Source: a virus (lineage: Duplodnaviria > Caudoviricetes). From it: DNA of 26,370 nucleotides. The notes beneath the pieces were generated by a model. It made no database searches, was not told where the DNA came from, and worked only from the letters and a program-made list of their open reading frames with translations. Position 1 is the stretch's first letter, and each line of letters opens with the position of its first letter. A program made the translations under genes and the position numbers. The DNA lies in the IMG/VR virus record IMGVR_UViG_3300016654_000138, positions 1-26,370 of that record; one strand, written 5' to 3'. Of the stretch, positions 24,182 to 26,370 are shown piece after piece.

Positions 24182-24778
24182 ATGCCTGACGCCAATTTCG
24201 ATTACGTGTCGAAGGCTGAGTCGCGCATATACGGGTGGTACCAGAAAGGCCCAAAACTGGTCAGCTGGATCGATACCATCCCGTCTCTCGTTGCATCAAG
24301 CCTCGAAAATCCCCTGCAGATCCTCAACTACATCCTCGACTACCAGAACGTGTCCGGCGTCATGCTGGACATTGTCGGGCGCATCGTGGGCATCACTGAG
24401 CGGCCACGCATTTCGATGGGAGCCCTGGAGTACTTCGGCTACCTCGGGGACCTGATCGCAAAGGGGTACAACCAGGCGCCGTACTACGACGCCTCTGCAG
24501 CCACCCAGACAATCCCAATCCCAGATTACGCATTCAGGTCTGTGATCAAGGGAAAGATCTACAAGAACTCGATCCTTTGCACCATTGATTCGGTAAAGGA
24601 GGCGGTAGACGACATCTTCGGAATTTCGTGCACGGTCATCGACAACAAGGACATGACCATGACCATCAACCTAAATACCACCAGCTATAGCAGTGTTCTG
24701 TATTACCTCGCCGTCAACTACGACCTCATCCCCAAACCGATGGGCGTCGAAATCACTTCCATCAATGGGGGCAGCTAA
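24182..24778 (+). CDS. Baseplate wedge protein (DUF2612-like), 198 aa
   Basis: [47 protein letters not shown]. Confidence 0.85.
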   Translation: MPDANFDYVSKAESRIYGWYQKGPKLVSWIDTIPSLVASSLENPLQILNYILDYQNVSGVMLDIVGRIVGITERPRISMGALEYFGYLGDLIAKGYNQAPYYDASAATQTIPIPDYAFRSVIKGKIYKNSILCTIDSVKEAVDDIFGISCTVIDNKDMTMTINLNTTSYSSVLYYLAVNYDLIPKPMGVEITSINGGS

Positions 24779-26337
24779 TGACTCGTCCGGCAAGTTATAA
24801 CCGCGTCTGGGCGGCTGATGCAGATAGCGATCAGATGGGCGGGGAGTCGACCACTGCAGATCAGGCCGTAATCGAAGATGGCTGGGTTGGCAGCGCAACC
24901 GCCGAGCCGCCTACTGCCAGGATGCAGAACTACTGGCAGACCCGTGTAGACCTCGGGCTTCAGGAGATTGAGCGACAAGGGTTTCTGTCGTGGCGCACGG
25001 ATGTTACCTATCAGCTCGGGGCGATTGTTTATTACTCCGGTTATCTATTCCAGGCTATTTCGACGAATACCGGAATCACCCCGCAGGGCGCCAGCGACAA
25101 CGGAATCTGGAGCTTCATCCAGCCAGGGAAGTGGCCAACCACTACCGACAACATCACCGGCACCCTCCCGATAACCAAGGGGGGTACTGGCGGAACGACG
25201 CCGGCGGTGGCGCGCGCCAACCTTGGGCTCTTGGCCTTGGCCATCAAGGACACGATCAACAATGCCGACTGGTCCGGCACTGACCTTTCCGTCACCAATG
25301 GCGGTACTGGCGCGTCCGATGCGGAAACCGCCCGAACCAACCTGGGCCTTGGAACCGCAGCCACATACGATGTTGGCAATACCTCTGGGAAACTCGCCCC
25401 ACAGGGATGGGATTTCATAGCCGATACCGGCACGGCTAACACCTATGCTTGCACTTATTCACCTGCCATTAGCGCGCTTGCCGAAGGGATGGTCCTGAAG
25501 TTCAAGGCAAAGACCTCGAACACGGGTGCCAGCACTTTCAACCCGAATGGACTTGGCGCCCTACCAATAGTCAGCATCGGTCATAGCGCCCTGACGGGTG
25601 GCGAGATCGTAGCAAATGGGGACGTATGGCTTCAGTACAACGCTTCCATTGGAAGCGGCTCCTGGGTGCTAATCACTGCGACTGGCGGCAACGCTATGTC
25701 CGGGCGACTGATCAATATTCAGGTATTCACCGCCAGTGGGACGTGGACTCCTAAGGTTGGTACAAAGGCTGTCAAGATCCGACTCATTGGTGGTGGTGGT
25801 GCTGGTGGTGGCGCGGTTGCGACGACGTCTGCGCAGATCGCAATGGGAACTGGCGGTTGCTCAGGAAGTTACGCCGAAGGCTATTACACGTCAGTGCCGG
25901 CAAGTGCGGCGGTGGTGGTTGGTGCTGGGGGTGTGGCCACATCGGGTAATGCAGGCGGTTCCGGCGGCTCATCCTCAGTTGGTTCGCTGCTTTCTGCCAC
26001 GGGCGGCACCGGTGGTGCTCAGTTCGGCCCAACGAGCCCTCCGCTAACTGCGAACGTAAACCCGGTCGGCACATCGATTACCGGCGCTAATATCGTCGGC
26101 GTCCTCAGCGCTACGCCACCTATTGCGTTCGTAACTACCCTTGCGGTCGGCTTCTCTGGCCAGGGTGCAAACAGTTCGTTGGGGGCCGGTGGGGCATCTT
26201 CGAATAACTCATCCAACGGCAACACTGCCACCGGGTACGGAGCAGGCGGTGGCGGTGCGCTCTCACTCGCAAGTTCTGTTGTGCGCACTGGTGGCAATGG
26301 CGCGCCTGGCATTGTGATTATTGAGGAGTACAGCTAA
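24778..26337 (+). CDS. Tail fibre/receptor-binding protein with C-terminal glycine-rich domain, 519 aa
   Basis: GW...EPP....NYW attachment region, two GGTG...AR.NLGL repeats, and [11 protein letters not shown]...GGGGAGGG...[14 protein letters not shown]. Confidence 0.9.
   Translation: MTRPASYNRVWAADADSDQMGGESTTADQAVIEDGWVGSATAEPPTARMQNYWQTRVDLGLQEIERQGFLSWRTDVTYQLGAIVYYSGYLFQAISTNTGITPQGASDNGIWSFIQPGKWPTTTDNITGTLPITKGGTGGTTPAVARANLGLLALAIKDTINNADWSGTDLSVTNGGTGASDAETARTNLGLGTAATYDVGNTSGKLAPQGWDFIADTGTANTYACTYSPAISALAEGMVLKFKAKTSNTGASTFNPNGLGALPIVSIGHSALTGGEIVANGDVWLQYNASIGSGSWVLITATGGNAMSGRLINIQVFTASGTWTPKVGTKAVKIRLIGGGGAGGGAVATTSAQIAMGTGGCSGSYAEGYYTSVPASAAVVVGAGGVATSGNAGGSGGSSSVGSLLSATGGTGGAQFGPTSPPLTANVNPVGTSITGANIVGVLSATPPIAFVTTLAVGFSGQGANSSLGAGGASSNNSSNGNTATGYGAGGGGALSLASSVVRTGGNGAPGIVIIEEYS
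25165..25350 (+). repeat. Two protein-level fibre shaft repeats 40 aa (120 nt) apart
   Basis: [22 protein letters not shown] (25165-25230) and [22 protein letters not shown] (25285-25350). Confidence 0.8.
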
Positions 26338-26370
26338 TGGTGAGTTACGCAATCATCAACGAAAATACGG
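26337..26370 (+). CDS. Start of the next gene, probably a tail-fibre-associated/assembly protein (truncated)
   Basis: GAGGAG SD and TAATG overlap. Reads [11 protein letters not shown]. Confidence 0.6.
   Translation, partial: MVSYAIINENT

Noticed and set aside
25790-26300. GGT/GGC low-complexity repeats
   Set aside because: Glycine codons of the fibre's Gly-rich domain, not a DNA repeat array, CRISPR or DGR target.
1-26370. Tailocin, CRISPR array, IS element or intron/intein
   Set aside because: Full head and packaging genes rule out a tailocin. No repeat-spacer array, transposase or oversized interrupted gene was seen.

Overview
A single co-oriented (+ strand) late region of a contractile-tailed temperate phage or prophage, about 60% GC by eye, with a gene set typical of Pseudomonas-like prophages (host is an inference). 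In order it carries: the 3' end of ninG; a probable Q-type antiterminator; a late promoter and terminator; an initiator-like tRNA-Met(CAT); a secreted protein; a lysis-type cassette (1-TM coiled-coil protein, lipoprotein, holin, no endolysin in the window); a very Ser/Thr-rich Ig-domain protein followed by two glycosyltransferases (GT-A/GT2-like and GT-B/GT4-like); a metallopeptidase; small and large terminase; two small inserted ORFs; portal, head morphogenesis protein, protease/scaffold, decoration and major capsid proteins; neck proteins, sheath, tube and a frameshifted tail chaperone; a moron; a tape measure with a tail-lysozyme domain; baseplate genes and a tail fibre. The most interesting feature is the Ig-protein + GT2 + GT4 cassette inside the late operon, a candidate virion-glycosylation system in a phage of a Gram-negative host. 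All family calls come from recognised motifs and gene order; no database searches were run.
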